Shown: piece after piece, positions 28,812-38,241 of the stretch
Layout: each line of letters opens with the position of its first letter
Numbering within the stretch: position 1 is the first letter of the stretch
Origin: a virus
Lineage: Duplodnaviria; Caudoviricetes
IMG/VR virus record: IMGVR_UViG_3300045243_000055
Coordinates: 1 to 61,432 of that record
DNA length: 61,432 bases
Strand: one strand, 5' to 3'
Notes under the pieces: generated by a model
Told to the model about the DNA's origin: nothing
What the model saw: the letters and a program-made list of their open reading frames with translations, nothing else
Database searches by the model: none
Made by a program: the position numbers and the translations under genes

Positions 28812-29966
28812 TCACGTTAGCTCTCCCTGCTTGTTCTTCGGGTCGGTGCGCGCCCACGACGCGGCGACGAACGGTTTGACGTGCTGCTCGTACAGCGCCT
28901 TCCGCTGGCGTTGCAGAAACTTGATCTGCTTCTGCACTTCGGGCTCGTCGACGATCGCCAAGTGCTCCTGGCGCGTCGCGGTGTTCAGGAACCGATCGCC
29001 GAGCGCCTTGGCGCCGGCCTCGATGCGCTGCTCGACCGACAGCGGGGCATCGTCTTCGGGCTGGCCATCCGGCGGATCGGGTGTGGACCCTGGTGGCGGC
29101 GGCTCTTCCCCTGGTGGTCCGTCGTCGGGCGGGCTGTCCTCTGGCGGTGGCGGCTGCGAAGCTGGCGGTCGTGATGTGCTGGCGGTGGCGCTGGTCTCGC
29201 CGCGCGCCCAGGCCGCGATCGCCGCGCCTGTCGCCTCGTCCAACGGTCGTTCCAGGGAGATGATCGGCTTCAGCGCCGGCAGCAGGGCTTTGATCGGCCG
29301 AGGCACGCCGGGGTGGCGCGGGTCTTCGAGCATCAGCGACAGCGTCATCGCCCAGGGAATGTCCACGCCGCAGATCGGCGTGAGGCCCTGGTCTACCGGC
29401 ACCATCTTCTTGCGGCCCTCGTCGTCGACCGTCTCGACCATGGCCATCTTGCGCTCGGCGCCGCAGCACAGGATCACCGGCATGTTCAACTGGTAGAGCC
29501 GTTCGCGCATCCGCTTGTGCTGCGTCTTCGGCTCGATCCAGGCGAGCATCTTGGTTGATTCCAGCCGCGACAGATTGCCGCGCGCCATGCGCAGATTGAT
29601 CTCCTGGTGCCACTCGAGCAGCCCGCCGGGCCCATTGTGCTCGTGCATGAAGTTGTCGATCACCAGCACCGCCGCGCCGTTGCGCTGCGCCTGCTTCGCT
29701 GCTTCCTCGAACACGATTGGCCGAAACGGCTCGTGCAGGTTCAGGTGTTCGAAGCGAAATTCGTCCGCGTAAAACGCCGCCCGGTTATTGTCCGTGTCCG
29801 CAACGAACACTCTGCCGTCTGGTCCGGCCATGCCGCGTGCGAGACGTAGGGCGCTGTACGTTTTGCCAACGCCCGGTGGCCCCGAGATCATAATCAGCGG
29901 CGCTGCCTTCGAGCGGACAGCCGGGCGGTACGTAAAGTCCTTCTGGATGGCGGCGCCGTCAGGCAC
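28812..29966 (-). CDS. AAA_24/Sak4-like recombination ATPase
   Basis: Walker A GPPGVGKT, Walker B VLVID; adjacent to exonuclease. Confidence 0.8.
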   Translation of the reverse strand: MPDGAAIQKDFTYRPAVRSKAAPLIMISGPPGVGKTYSALRLARGMAGPDGRVFVADTDNNRAAFYADEFRFEHLNLHEPFRPIVFEEAAKQAQRNGAAVLVIDNFMHEHNGPGGLLEWHQEINLRMARGNLSRLESTKMLAWIEPKTQHKRMRERLYQLNMPVILCCGAERKMAMVETVDDEGRKKMVPVDQGLTPICGVDIPWAMTLSLMLEDPRHPGVPRPIKALLPALKPIISLERPLDEATGAAIAAWARGETSATASTSRPPASQPPPPEDSPPDDGPPGEEPPPPGSTPDPPDGQPEDDAPLSVEQRIEAGAKALGDRFLNTATRQEHLAIVDEPEVQKQIKFLQRQRKALYEQHVKPFVAASWARTDPKNKQGELT

Positions 29967-29971
29967 CTGCG

Positions 29972-30937
29972 TCAGCCACCGAACTGACCGGCTTCGATCA
30001 GCCGCTCGATGAACTTCGTGTCCTCGATGGCGCGGCCGTAACCGCCGGCCTTGGCGCTCTCCCACTGCCGCACGATCCACGGCGGCGGCAGGATCCACTC
30101 GGTCTCGCGCGGGTAGCTGGGCCACGCCTGCTCAGTCGGCCGGCCAGCGTCGAGGGCGGCACGGGTGGCTGCCATGCACTGCACCCAGATGGCGCGCGCG
30201 GCTGCGGCCTTGGCCTCACCGACATCGACCGCGACGGGATCGAGCGCGAACACGCGGATGGCGAACGGCGCCGAGGTCTCGACCACGACGAACAACATCC
30301 CGTCGGGGACCTCGCCGTCGCGCAGATAGCTGGCACCGCGTGGATACATCGCCGCCTGCAGGTCGGCCCCGAACTCGAAGCACTGCCGGCCCCAGCGCTC
30401 CGGTGTGGCGAGCCCGCCGGTGGTCTTGAGGTCGAGTAGCGGGCCGGCGGGATCGTCGTGGAGCCAATCGACGCGAGCGCGCGCCCAGTGGTCATCCTCC
30501 TGCCAGACCAACGTCTGCTCGGGCTTGCCGTGGGTGAACAGGCCGGTGCGCGCACGGAAGTTCTCGAGCGCTTCTACGACGCGACGGGTGCTGTCGTAGG
30601 CCCTGGTCTTTAGCGGGATGCGGCCTGCCGCCAGGGCGGCGTCGCGCATCTCCTTCGCATCCTTGGTCCGGTAGCTGTCGAACGGGATGTGCTCGACCCG
30701 GTCGCTGCCTTCGAGGAACAGCGCGTGGGCAGCGGTGCCGACGTCCATGTCCTCATCGCCGGAGGACGGACCCTCGGCGACCGAGCCGCCGAGGCGCGGG
30801 TGCTCAGCGTAGGCGTGGGCGGGCGACGCCTCGATGATCTTGCGGGCGATCGAGCGCGACAGGGACGGCACCGGCGCCGGATCGGCGTGGTACTCGTGGT
30901 CGGGCATCGTGTAGATGCCGGGCTCGGTGACGGCCAT
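29972..30937 (-). CDS. PD-(D/E)XK exonuclease (RecE/ExoVIII-like)
   Basis: EYHADP..LSRS, GTAAH, RARVDW, LDLKTT, LQAAMY. Confidence 0.85.
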   Translation of the reverse strand: MAVTEPGIYTMPDHEYHADPAPVPSLSRSIARKIIEASPAHAYAEHPRLGGSVAEGPSSGDEDMDVGTAAHALFLEGSDRVEHIPFDSYRTKDAKEMRDAALAAGRIPLKTRAYDSTRRVVEALENFRARTGLFTHGKPEQTLVWQEDDHWARARVDWLHDDPAGPLLDLKTTGGLATPERWGRQCFEFGADLQAAMYPRGASYLRDGEVPDGMLFVVVETSAPFAIRVFALDPVAVDVGEAKAAAARAIWVQCMAATRAALDAGRPTEQAWPSYPRETEWILPPPWIVRQWESAKAGGYGRAIEDTKFIERLIEAGQFGG

Positions 30938-30959
30938 GGAATTTCCCGCACGGTGCGGC

Positions 30960-31016
30960 CACAAGTGTGAAGCAGAGCTTCACGCTGTCAAGGGGCGATG
31001 TGAAAACACAGTTCAC
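30960..31016 (-). promoter_or_regulatory. Leftward early promoter with two operators (30967-30983, 31000-31016)
   Basis: Minus strand CCCCTTGACAGC-GTGAAGCTCTGCTTCAC; plus strand GTGAAAACACAGTTCAC. Confidence 0.75.
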
Positions 31017-31360
31017 GTCAGTTTTAGCTTGTGTGCAAAACCATACGGTATTCGCCCGTTAATGCTTGTGGATAAAGGAATGTTTTGCAGGGTGCGTCAG
31101 TTGCGGTGACGCACTATCCCCAAGTACCCCGACGTTATCTCGAAGGGGGTTGCAAGATTACCCTTGAGCAATGTGCCGGACGGGAGCACGCAGGGGGGCT
31201 TTACAATCTGGGGGTACGTTAAGGGAGGAGCAGTCGAAAATGCGACGTGCCGATGCCGCCATTCTTGACGTTCATCGAGTAATAATGCCACCGATGGGTA
31301 TATTCGCTCAGCCGGCGGGCAGAGACCCGCCGCCGTCCCATGCGCCTCATGTCGTGCTGT

Positions 31361-32032
31361 TTATGCCGAAGCCGCCACGGCCCCTTCGTCAGAGTTGCCA
31401 CTGTCGGTACGTTTCCTGCCTCTCCGCCGGACGGTTGGTTTGCGAATCTTTGCGGCCAGAAGCGGGTGACGGGTCACCAAGACAGCCCGCAACTCGGGAT
31501 CCAGTGAGTCCAGATCGCCGGTAAGCAGGAAGTCCAGCCGGCACCGATAGCGGCTGGCGAACTCGGCCGCCTGCTCGAGGTCGGGGCGAATGCCGCCAGC
31601 TTCCCAGCGGGCATAGTCGGCCTCGCTCACGCCCAGCAGTTCGGCGGCGACCGCCTGGGTGTCGGCCGTGGTCTCACGCACCCAGCGCATCCGGTGGCCG
31701 AGCCGGATCGTCTCGTGCGGTCTGACCCCTTGCACGCTGACCCTGTTGTTCTCGGTGTTGGCGGTGCCGGCGATCAGCCGGTCGAGGCTGCACCGGGTGA
31801 TCCGCTGTAGCTCGATCAGCACCGCGAAGGGCGGCTCGACCGCGCCGCGCTCGTAGAACGACAGCCGCTCCGGCGAGATGCCGATCATCACGGCGAACTG
31901 CCGCAGCGACAGTTTGGGGCGGCCGATGTCGGCACCGTGCGCCAGCCTAAGCTCGCGCAGACGTCGCCCGAAGATCTCCCGCGCCCGCTGCCCGTCGCCC
32001 TTCAGAAGCAAAAGCGTTCTCCCGTTGTTCAC
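31361..32032 (-). CDS. CI-like repressor with two tandem XRE HTH domains
   Basis: LSLRQFAVMIGISPERLSFYERG and TQAVAAELLGVSEADYARWEAG; divergent from the Cro-like gene. Confidence 0.8.
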   Translation of the reverse strand: MNNGRTLLLLKGDGQRAREIFGRRLRELRLAHGADIGRPKLSLRQFAVMIGISPERLSFYERGAVEPPFAVLIELQRITRCSLDRLIAGTANTENNRVSVQGVRPHETIRLGHRMRWVRETTADTQAVAAELLGVSEADYARWEAGGIRPDLEQAAEFASRYRCRLDFLLTGDLDSLDPELRAVLVTRHPLLAAKIRKPTVRRRGRKRTDSGNSDEGAVAASA

Positions 32033-32064
32033 GAAATGCCGTTACGCGACTCGTTCGTATCCTT

Positions 32065-32133
32065 ATGAAGCTCCGCTTCACCGATTGCAAGTCAGAAGAC
32101 CCCTTGACAGCGTGAAAGCCCGTTTCACACAAT
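32065..32133 (+). promoter_or_regulatory. Rightward early promoter with two operators (32065-32081, 32112-32128)
   Basis: TTGACA 32104-32109, CACAAT 32128-32133; ATGAAGCTCCGCTTCAC and GTGAAAGCCCGTTTCAC. Confidence 0.75.
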
Positions 32134-32147
32134 GGGGGATGCCGACA

Positions 32148-32372
32148 ATGACCAAAATCGAGCGGGCGTTTCGGGACAAAGGGCTGCGCAACGTCGACAT
32201 CGCGCGGGCCGTCGGCGTCTCGCTGACCCTGGTGCGGTACTGGCTGATCGGCCACAGCCCGATCGCGCCCCACCACGCCAAGAGCCTCCGCAAGGCATTC
32301 GACATCCCGCTGCACGTGATGCGGCCGGACATCTGGGATGCCCCGAGCAAGAAAACCGACTGCGCCGCCTAA
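32148..32372 (+). CDS. Cro-like HTH regulator
   Basis: NVDIARAVGVSLTLVRYW..IPLHVMRPDIW. Confidence 0.8.
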   Translation: MTKIERAFRDKGLRNVDIARAVGVSLTLVRYWLIGHSPIAPHHAKSLRKAFDIPLHVMRPDIWDAPSKKTDCAA

Positions 32373-32387
32373 CCGGGGGAATGACCA

Positions 32388-32930
32388 ATGGATGCAGCAG
32401 GCCTAGCCGTTGTCATCGGCAACGTCCGTCCTGAGACCTTCCTGTCTCACTGGCGGGAAATCCGCGACGCGCGCGACACGTCGCACGACGCCAGCACCAC
32501 CGTCAGCCGCGCGAAGAAGGCTGCCAAGCGCGACGGCGTCGATCTCGACGTCCTGGCCGTCATGGAAAAACTGTGGGCCATGGACAGTGATGAGCGCGAT
32601 CTGTTCTTGCGCAAGATGATCGTTTACTTCCAGTGGCTCGAATCACCGCTCGGCGCCTTCGCCGAGGGGATCGAGGCGCCACAGGCCAAGCCAGCCGCGC
32701 GCGACCAGTACATCGCTTGGCAGACCGAGCAGGACGGGCTGGCCGCCGGCAAGACCGCCGGCAAGCGCGACGACAACCCGCACCCACCTGGATCCCCGCT
32801 GCACGTCGGCTGGGACAAGGGATGGAACCGGGGCTTCAAGAGCGCTCAGCGCAAGCTCGCCGGCGAGATGGTCAAGACCACCAAGGGCCGCAACGCGGCT
32901 AACGGAGCCGACAGCCACACCCCAGCCTGA
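32388..32930 (+). CDS. GapR/DUF2312-like protein with C-terminal NPH..W.KGW motif
   Basis: KKAAKRDGVDLDVLAVMEKLWAMDSDERD resembles the GapR core. Confidence 0.5.
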   Translation: MDAAGLAVVIGNVRPETFLSHWREIRDARDTSHDASTTVSRAKKAAKRDGVDLDVLAVMEKLWAMDSDERDLFLRKMIVYFQWLESPLGAFAEGIEAPQAKPAARDQYIAWQTEQDGLAAGKTAGKRDDNPHPPGSPLHVGWDKGWNRGFKSAQRKLAGEMVKTTKGRNAANGADSHTPA

Positions 32931-32942
32931 GCGCGGTCCGCC

Positions 32943-33389
32943 GTGGACGCGCCGGAGGCGTTGCGCCTCGACGAATACGTGGCCGCCGAGGTCGACCTGC
33001 AGGCCGCCGGCGCCCATGCGTTCTCGGTCCTGATCCGACCGCCGGCGGTGTTCACCGCGTTCCCCGGCGGGCACATCCAACTCACCGGCCAGCAGGCCGC
33101 GCGCTTCGCCCGCATCGGTCTCAAACGCAACTGGCCCGACCATCTGGTGCTGCACGACGGCAGGATCATCGGCATCGAATGGAAGAAGCCGGGCGAGGAA
33201 CTGTCGCGCTCGCGCTGGGTCCGCACGCGCAAGGGCAGGCCTCGCTTCGTTGAAGGTCAGCGCGAGGGTTTTCGCAAGCTCAAGGCTGCCGGCATGGTCG
33301 GTCCGTTCCTCTGCATCAGCGTCGAACAGGCGTTGGCGATCCTCGAGGCGCACGGCGTGCCGATGCTGCCGTGGAGGATGGCAGCATGA
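32943..33389 (+). CDS. VRR-NUC-like nuclease
   Basis: GLKRNWPDHLVL..IGIEWK..Q. Confidence 0.7.
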   Translation: MDAPEALRLDEYVAAEVDLQAAGAHAFSVLIRPPAVFTAFPGGHIQLTGQQAARFARIGLKRNWPDHLVLHDGRIIGIEWKKPGEELSRSRWVRTRKGRPRFVEGQREGFRKLKAAGMVGPFLCISVEQALAILEAHGVPMLPWRMAA

Positions 33390-33441
33390 GCGCGCTGCGC
33401 CTCTGCAAGGACTGCCGGTGGGTCGACAATCGCTGTGGGGT

Positions 33442-33657
33442 TCACATGAGTCGTTGCTCGTGCATTGCCGGCAATGTACGCGCGACCAACACCCCGCCAC
33501 GGCGGAGTGCATTAGCGTTCATCCCTAGTCGTTGTCGCTTGCCAATTACTGCGCGCAATGTGATGCCAAGCCGCTCAGCAATCTCCGGGTCTGTTAGGCC
33601 TTGGCGTAGCAGACCGCGCAGTGCGTTCTGTTTATCCTCTCTCCAACGCGCGCTCAT
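33442..33657 (-). CDS. Short GcrA N-terminal-like HTH protein
   Basis: W..LRGLLRQGLTDPEIAERLGITLRAVIGKRQRLG. Confidence 0.6.
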   Translation of the reverse strand: MSARWREDKQNALRGLLRQGLTDPEIAERLGITLRAVIGKRQRLGMNANALRRGGVLVARTLPAMHEQRLM

Positions 33658-33718
33658 GCTGCGATGCCTCAGCAGGGGGCGCAACGTGCTTGCTGCTGCG
33701 CCCCAATCCCCTCCGATC

Positions 33719-34507
33719 TCAGGCGGCCTTACGGAGTGGCGCCCGCTTGTTTGTCACAATCTCCCCGTTCTCATACGGCTCCCCGCTAATCCGCATTCCA
33801 TTCGCGATCGCCTTCTTGACCTTCTCGGTATGGCCTTCCTGCATCGCGACACGGACGTTCACGCTATCGCCGGAATTGACCAGCCACGCAATCACCTTGC
33901 GCAACTGGTCTTTGTCCTCACGATTATACCCGCTCCACTCCGCAACACGCCGTGCCAGACCATAGACACTCGGCCCCTGACGACGGGCGATCAGCAACAA
34001 CTCGTCTGGGGGGAACAACCCGGCAAGGGCGCTGATCGCTGGCGCGAGACGAGACGGCAAGTCGCCTGCCGCGCCACCCAAGGCATGAACTTCCAGCCAC
34101 TGCTTGCCGGTGAGCTTCTTGCTGGTTTCGTTGATCTCACGGAAGATTTTCGTCAGATATTCGGCGCCGACTTCAATAACCAGGGCCGGGATCTGGGCGA
34201 ACTCGGGGTTCTTCAGCTTTTTCAGGCCATACACCGCAAAGCGGCGATGCCCCTCGATGATCATATAGCGCCCGTCTTCCGTCTTGTTCACCAGAATCGG
34301 GTAGTAGAGGCCGATGTCGGTGATCGAGGCCAACAGCCCCTTGATGTCGGCGTCCTCCCCGCGTCCGCGTGGGTTGAGCGGGTTCTTGTCGATCTGATCC
34401 AGCGGGATGTGGTGCACGTTGTAGTCCTTCATTGGATGAGCCTCCATCTGCGACCGGGCGAATATTCGTCCGACCGGCGCGATCACGCGCGACTCGTCAC
34501 GAGTCAA
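33719..34507 (-). CDS. ParB/Srx N-terminal domain protein (true start probably near 34432-34447)
   Basis: IPLDQIDKNPLNPR..LLASITDIGLYYPILV..IIEGHRRF. Confidence 0.8.
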   Translation of the reverse strand: MTRDESRVIAPVGRIFARSQMEAHPMKDYNVHHIPLDQIDKNPLNPRGRGEDADIKGLLASITDIGLYYPILVNKTEDGRYMIIEGHRRFAVYGLKKLKNPEFAQIPALVIEVGAEYLTKIFREINETSKKLTGKQWLEVHALGGAAGDLPSRLAPAISALAGLFPPDELLLIARRQGPSVYGLARRVAEWSGYNREDKDQLRKVIAWLVNSGDSVNVRVAMQEGHTEKVKKAIANGMRISGEPYENGEIVTNKRAPLRKAA

Positions 34508-34572
34508 GGTCTTATTTGCTCAATCTGGCGAGATATTCTGCTGATAATCGCGCGGTCTGGGGAGAGGATGTC

Positions 34573-35280
34573 ATGAGTAGCGCGATGAACAGCGATTTTA
34601 GTATCAGCGGACCTGATACTTTATTCCGCCGGCGGGGACGCCCGCCGAACCCGTTGATCAGTCGTCTGATGGCTGACGAAGGCGTCTCGCGTATGACCGC
34701 CTTTCGACGCCTGAAGGCGAAGCGCGAGGCGGTCGCGGCTGGGAAGAAGAAGAACCACCGCGCCAAGGGCACGGGCGAGAGCGAGTGGTTCACACCAGCG
34801 GAATACATCTCCGCTGCTCGTGACGTGATGGGCAACATTGATCTTGATCCTGCGACACATCCAGCAGCGCAAGAGGCCATCCGCGCGCAACAGTTCTACA
34901 CTCGAGAGGATGATGCCCTGTCAAAGCCTTGGCAGGGGCGCGTATGGCTAAATCCACCTTATGCGCAACCGACCATCGGATACTTCGTCACCAAGCTGGT
35001 CGAGGACTTCGCTTCCGGGCGAGTGTCGCAGGCAATTATGCTGACGCACAACTATACCGAGACGCAGTGGTTCCATCGCGCCGCCGCAACGGCTTCTATG
35101 ATCTGCTTCACTCTCAGCCGCATCCGCTTCGTCGGTGTTGCCGGCGCTAGATGCAAGCCGACACAGGGGCAGGCGTTCTTTTACTTCGGCAACAACGTAA
35201 CGAAATTCGCAGAGGTATTTTCCGCGTTTGGCATGATTCTGCGCGTTTCGCGTCAAGATCATTCGCTTAGGGCCACCTGA
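34573..35280 (+). CDS. Phage DNA N6-adenine methyltransferase (phage Dam family)
   Basis: EWFTP, IDLDPA, VWLNPPY, RIRF motifs. Confidence 0.85.
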   Translation: MSSAMNSDFSISGPDTLFRRRGRPPNPLISRLMADEGVSRMTAFRRLKAKREAVAAGKKKNHRAKGTGESEWFTPAEYISAARDVMGNIDLDPATHPAAQEAIRAQQFYTREDDALSKPWQGRVWLNPPYAQPTIGYFVTKLVEDFASGRVSQAIMLTHNYTETQWFHRAAATASMICFTLSRIRFVGVAGARCKPTQGQAFFYFGNNVTKFAEVFSAFGMILRVSRQDHSLRAT

Positions 35281-35698
35281 TGACCGGCGCCCAACTATTC
35301 CTGATCGAGCCGATCGGCATCATCTTCACGGTCGGCGTCGGTGCCGTCTTCGCGCCGCAGATCGGCCGCGCCCTGGCGTGGTGCGATCGGCAGTCGTCAC
35401 GAACGCTCGGGCTAATCCTTATCCGGCCTCGCCTTGGTCATGGCGCTGTTGGTTTGGTGGTTCTGGGCAGAGGCCTTCCCATGAGCCGGACACTGCATGT
35501 TCGATCCTGCCGCCGCCCAGGTGACGGTGCGATCGGACGTCGACAGACGATCCTGCGCATCATCCGCGACGAGAAGGCGAAGACCGGCCGCACACCCACG
35601 GCCGAGGACATCGCACGCATCCTCGGCGGGTCCGTCCTTCGCGTGCGCCAGCATCTCGAGGCGATCGAGCAAGAAACCAACCCGCAACGGAGCCTGCT

Positions 35699-36163
35699 AT
35701 GAGCGCTGATCACTGGATGCGGTTTAACGTTGGCGACTATCTCGCCGACACCATGCACCTCTCGACAATTCAGCATGGCGCATACCTGCTTTTGATCATG
35801 CACTACTTCAAGCGGGGCGAACTCCCGGTGACCGAAAGTGGTCTCGCTAGGATCGCCAAAATCCCGCTCCGTCAGTGGCGCCTGCACTCCCCGTTGGTGA
35901 TGGCGTTGTTCAGGCACGATAATGACGCCTGGAAGCATAAGCGTATCGACGCAGAAAGGGCCAAATTACAGCGAAAAGTTGACGAGACTCACGCGCGCGG
36001 GAGTGAGCCGGCAACTCCCGCGCGCGTGAGTCCGGACCCTTCCTCCCGCGCGCACGTCCAGAAGCCAGAGCTAAAGCTAGTTAGGGGAACGCGCTTCGCG
36101 CGCCCCGCCCGTGGTGGATTTGCGCACAACGTCGCCGCACGCCGGGCGGCAGGAGCGGACTGA
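35699..36163 (+). CDS. DUF1376/YdaU-like replication protein
   Basis: WMRFNVGDYLADTMHLSTIQHGAYLLLIMHY. Confidence 0.8.
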   Translation: MSADHWMRFNVGDYLADTMHLSTIQHGAYLLLIMHYFKRGELPVTESGLARIAKIPLRQWRLHSPLVMALFRHDNDAWKHKRIDAERAKLQRKVDETHARGSEPATPARVSPDPSSRAHVQKPELKLVRGTRFARPARGGFAHNVAARRAAGAD

Positions 36164-36690
36164 TGAGCAATCTCACCGTGCGCCGCGCGAAGGTCGGCGA
36201 GGTACGCAACTGGGTCGAAGCGCTCGGCGTGCTGACGTGCGACAACATGACGCCGACCGAGGCCGAGATGAAAACGCTCGCCTACGTGCCGATGCTGCAG
36301 GACGACTTCCCGCCGGATGCGTTCACACAGGACTCGCTCTCGGCCGTCGCGCGCCAGTGCAAGTTCTTCCCGTCCTACGCCGAGGTGTACAACCACCTGC
36401 GCGCTTGGTGGCGCGAACGTCGACCGATGCCGATCGCATTGCCGCCACCAACTCCGGAGCCACGGCCTGAGCCAACACCCGAGGAACGCGCCTATGTCGC
36501 GGCCAGGGTGCGGGAGATCACGCAGGCGATGCGGTCAGAACCGCTCTACCGCGAGCCGAGCAACAATGACCTCGGGGCTGATCCTCCGTCCGTGCCCCGC
36601 CCGCGCGCCTATCATCTCACGCCCGAACAACTCGACATCGTCAACCCGCTGCCGGGTGGTCGGAAGCGTGTGCCGGAGTTGCCGAAATGA
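36163..36690 (+). CDS. Putative helicase loader/inhibitor-like protein
   Basis: CKFFPSYAEV motif; follows the replication initiator-like gene. Confidence 0.5.
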   Translation: MSNLTVRRAKVGEVRNWVEALGVLTCDNMTPTEAEMKTLAYVPMLQDDFPPDAFTQDSLSAVARQCKFFPSYAEVYNHLRAWWRERRPMPIALPPPTPEPRPEPTPEERAYVAARVREITQAMRSEPLYREPSNNDLGADPPSVPRPRAYHLTPEQLDIVNPLPGGRKRVPELPK

Positions 36691-37050
36691 ACCGCCTTGC
36701 GCCGCCGCCCGAACTCAGCACCTTCGAGACCGCCGTGATGGCGTCCAATGCGCCGGCGGTGCTGATCCTCGATCGCGGCCTGATGCGCGATCTGCTGCGC
36801 TACCTGCGGGCACTCGAGGCCGAATTGGCCGGGGAGTTCTGGTGATCCGGCCGGACACAGGCGCGCCCGTGCCGGAGCGGAGGCGGCGGACCGCCATCAC
36901 GTGCCACTTCGGCCACCGCCGGCCACGCGGCAGCACCGGCAGCACGGCGGACTGCCCGGTGTGCGTGGCACGCCGTGCCGCAGCGGAGCAGCGGTGGGGC
37001 AGGATCGACGCCGCGCTGACCGAGGCGGTGGCAACCCGCGAAGCTGCCGA

Positions 37051-37656
37051 ATGAGCCGACGCCTGCGCCACGTGCAGCGGGTCGACCCCTTGGGACCGCC
37101 CCTGGTGCGCCAGCAGGCCAGCCAGGGCGGGCCCACGGCCGTGATGCGGAGCCAGTGGCGGGATCCGGACGATCTGCGGCCGAACGCCCAGCACCGGCCC
37201 CGCGAGATCGACGGCTACCGGACCTACTGCCCGCTGCGGCGGATGTCCCGGTCTCCCGGCAGCCAGATCACCCCACGCCATATCGCCGCCGCTGACCTGC
37301 TCAGGAGCGCCGTGGACATGGCTGTGATCGGTTCCCAGGGAGGATATGGCCTGCTGGGGCTCGGCGGCCTGTACGGGCCTCTGGCAGGCCCTAGCGTGGG
37401 TGCTCTCCGCCAGTCGGCCGCGCAGCGGGAGGCGTGCCGTGCCCTGACCCGCCTTGCGCCCTCCCAGCGGGCGCTGCTGACCGCCATCGTGCTGTTCAAC
37501 CACTCGTTGCAGGCTTGGTGCGCCGAGACAACCGGGCGTAATCCCCAGGTCGAGATGGGCCGGCTGCTTGGCGTGCTGGACGTGCTGGCCGACCACTATG
37601 CCGGCGAACTCGACCAGCAGCGGGCGTCCGGTCAGTGGGATGGCGTCTCGTCTTAA
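37051..37656 (+). CDS. Putative late-gene transcription regulator
   Basis: Last early gene before the late promoter; C-terminal HTH-like LLGVLDVLADHY. Confidence 0.5.
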   Translation: MSRRLRHVQRVDPLGPPLVRQQASQGGPTAVMRSQWRDPDDLRPNAQHRPREIDGYRTYCPLRRMSRSPGSQITPRHIAAADLLRSAVDMAVIGSQGGYGLLGLGGLYGPLAGPSVGALRQSAAQREACRALTRLAPSQRALLTAIVLFNHSLQAWCAETTGRNPQVEMGRLLGVLDVLADHYAGELDQQRASGQWDGVSS

Positions 37657-37660
37657 AAGT

Positions 37661-37690
37661 TTGACACAGCAAAGTGCTCAACGGTATGAA
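37661..37690 (+). promoter_or_regulatory. Putative late promoter
   Basis: TTGACA-N18-TATGAA upstream of HNH and terminase genes. Confidence 0.55.
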
Positions 37691-37741
37691 AACACTACAC
37701 TGGGCGGGAATCGCGGTGCCGGACGCTAGGTCTGGTATCTG

Positions 37742-38056
37742 ATGCCCTGGCGTCCACCCGTCCATCAGGCCGCGCGGCCTCGTGTGCCAACCCAGGCTGA
37801 GACCCGTGCACGCAACGCGAAGTACGCGTCCTATCACTCGCCCGAGTGGCGCAAGGTGCGGGCTGCTGTGCTCGAGCGCGACGCCCATCGCTGTCGTCTG
37901 CGACTGCCCGGCTGCCTGACTGTGGCGACCACGGTGCACCACCGCGTCGAGCGCAGCGCGGGCGGACGGGACGTGCCCTCCAACCTGCTCTCGTGCTGCG
38001 GGCCGTGCCACAACCGGCGGCACCCTGAGAAGGGCGGCGCACACGGCGGCTTCTGA
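37742..38056 (+). CDS. HNH endonuclease (packaging-associated)
   Basis: WRKVRAAVLERD..C..C..VHH..NLLSCCGPCHN. Confidence 0.85.
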   Translation: MPWRPPVHQAARPRVPTQAETRARNAKYASYHSPEWRKVRAAVLERDAHRCRLRLPGCLTVATTVHHRVERSAGGRDVPSNLLSCCGPCHNRRHPEKGGAHGGF

Positions 38057-38241
38057 CGCTCGCTCGCTGCTCGCTGCTCGCTGCTCGGCTGCTCGGCTGC
38101 TAGCTCGCTGCTCGCACGCTCGCGCAGGGGTAGGGGGTGTCGCTCGGCACCGGCTCGCTCCCGAGGTAACGGGGCGGAAGCGCGCGCGTCCGCGCGGGAA
38201 ATTAAAACACCCCGGGCGCGCTGGTGGCGGAAGGAATTCCC
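38057..38241. other. Putative cos/packaging-initiation region with GCTCGCT-like repeats
   Basis: Intergenic between HNH and TerS; repeats 38057-38124 followed by GGGGTAGGGGG. Confidence 0.5.

Noticed and set aside
29972-30937. Exonuclease as a Cas4 adaptation protein for the arrays
   Set aside because: It lacks the Cas4 Fe-S cysteine pattern and is paired with an AAA ATPase as in ordinary phage recombination modules
37690-37760. Possible tRNA after the late promoter
   Set aside because: No cloverleaf or T-loop GTTC motif could be built
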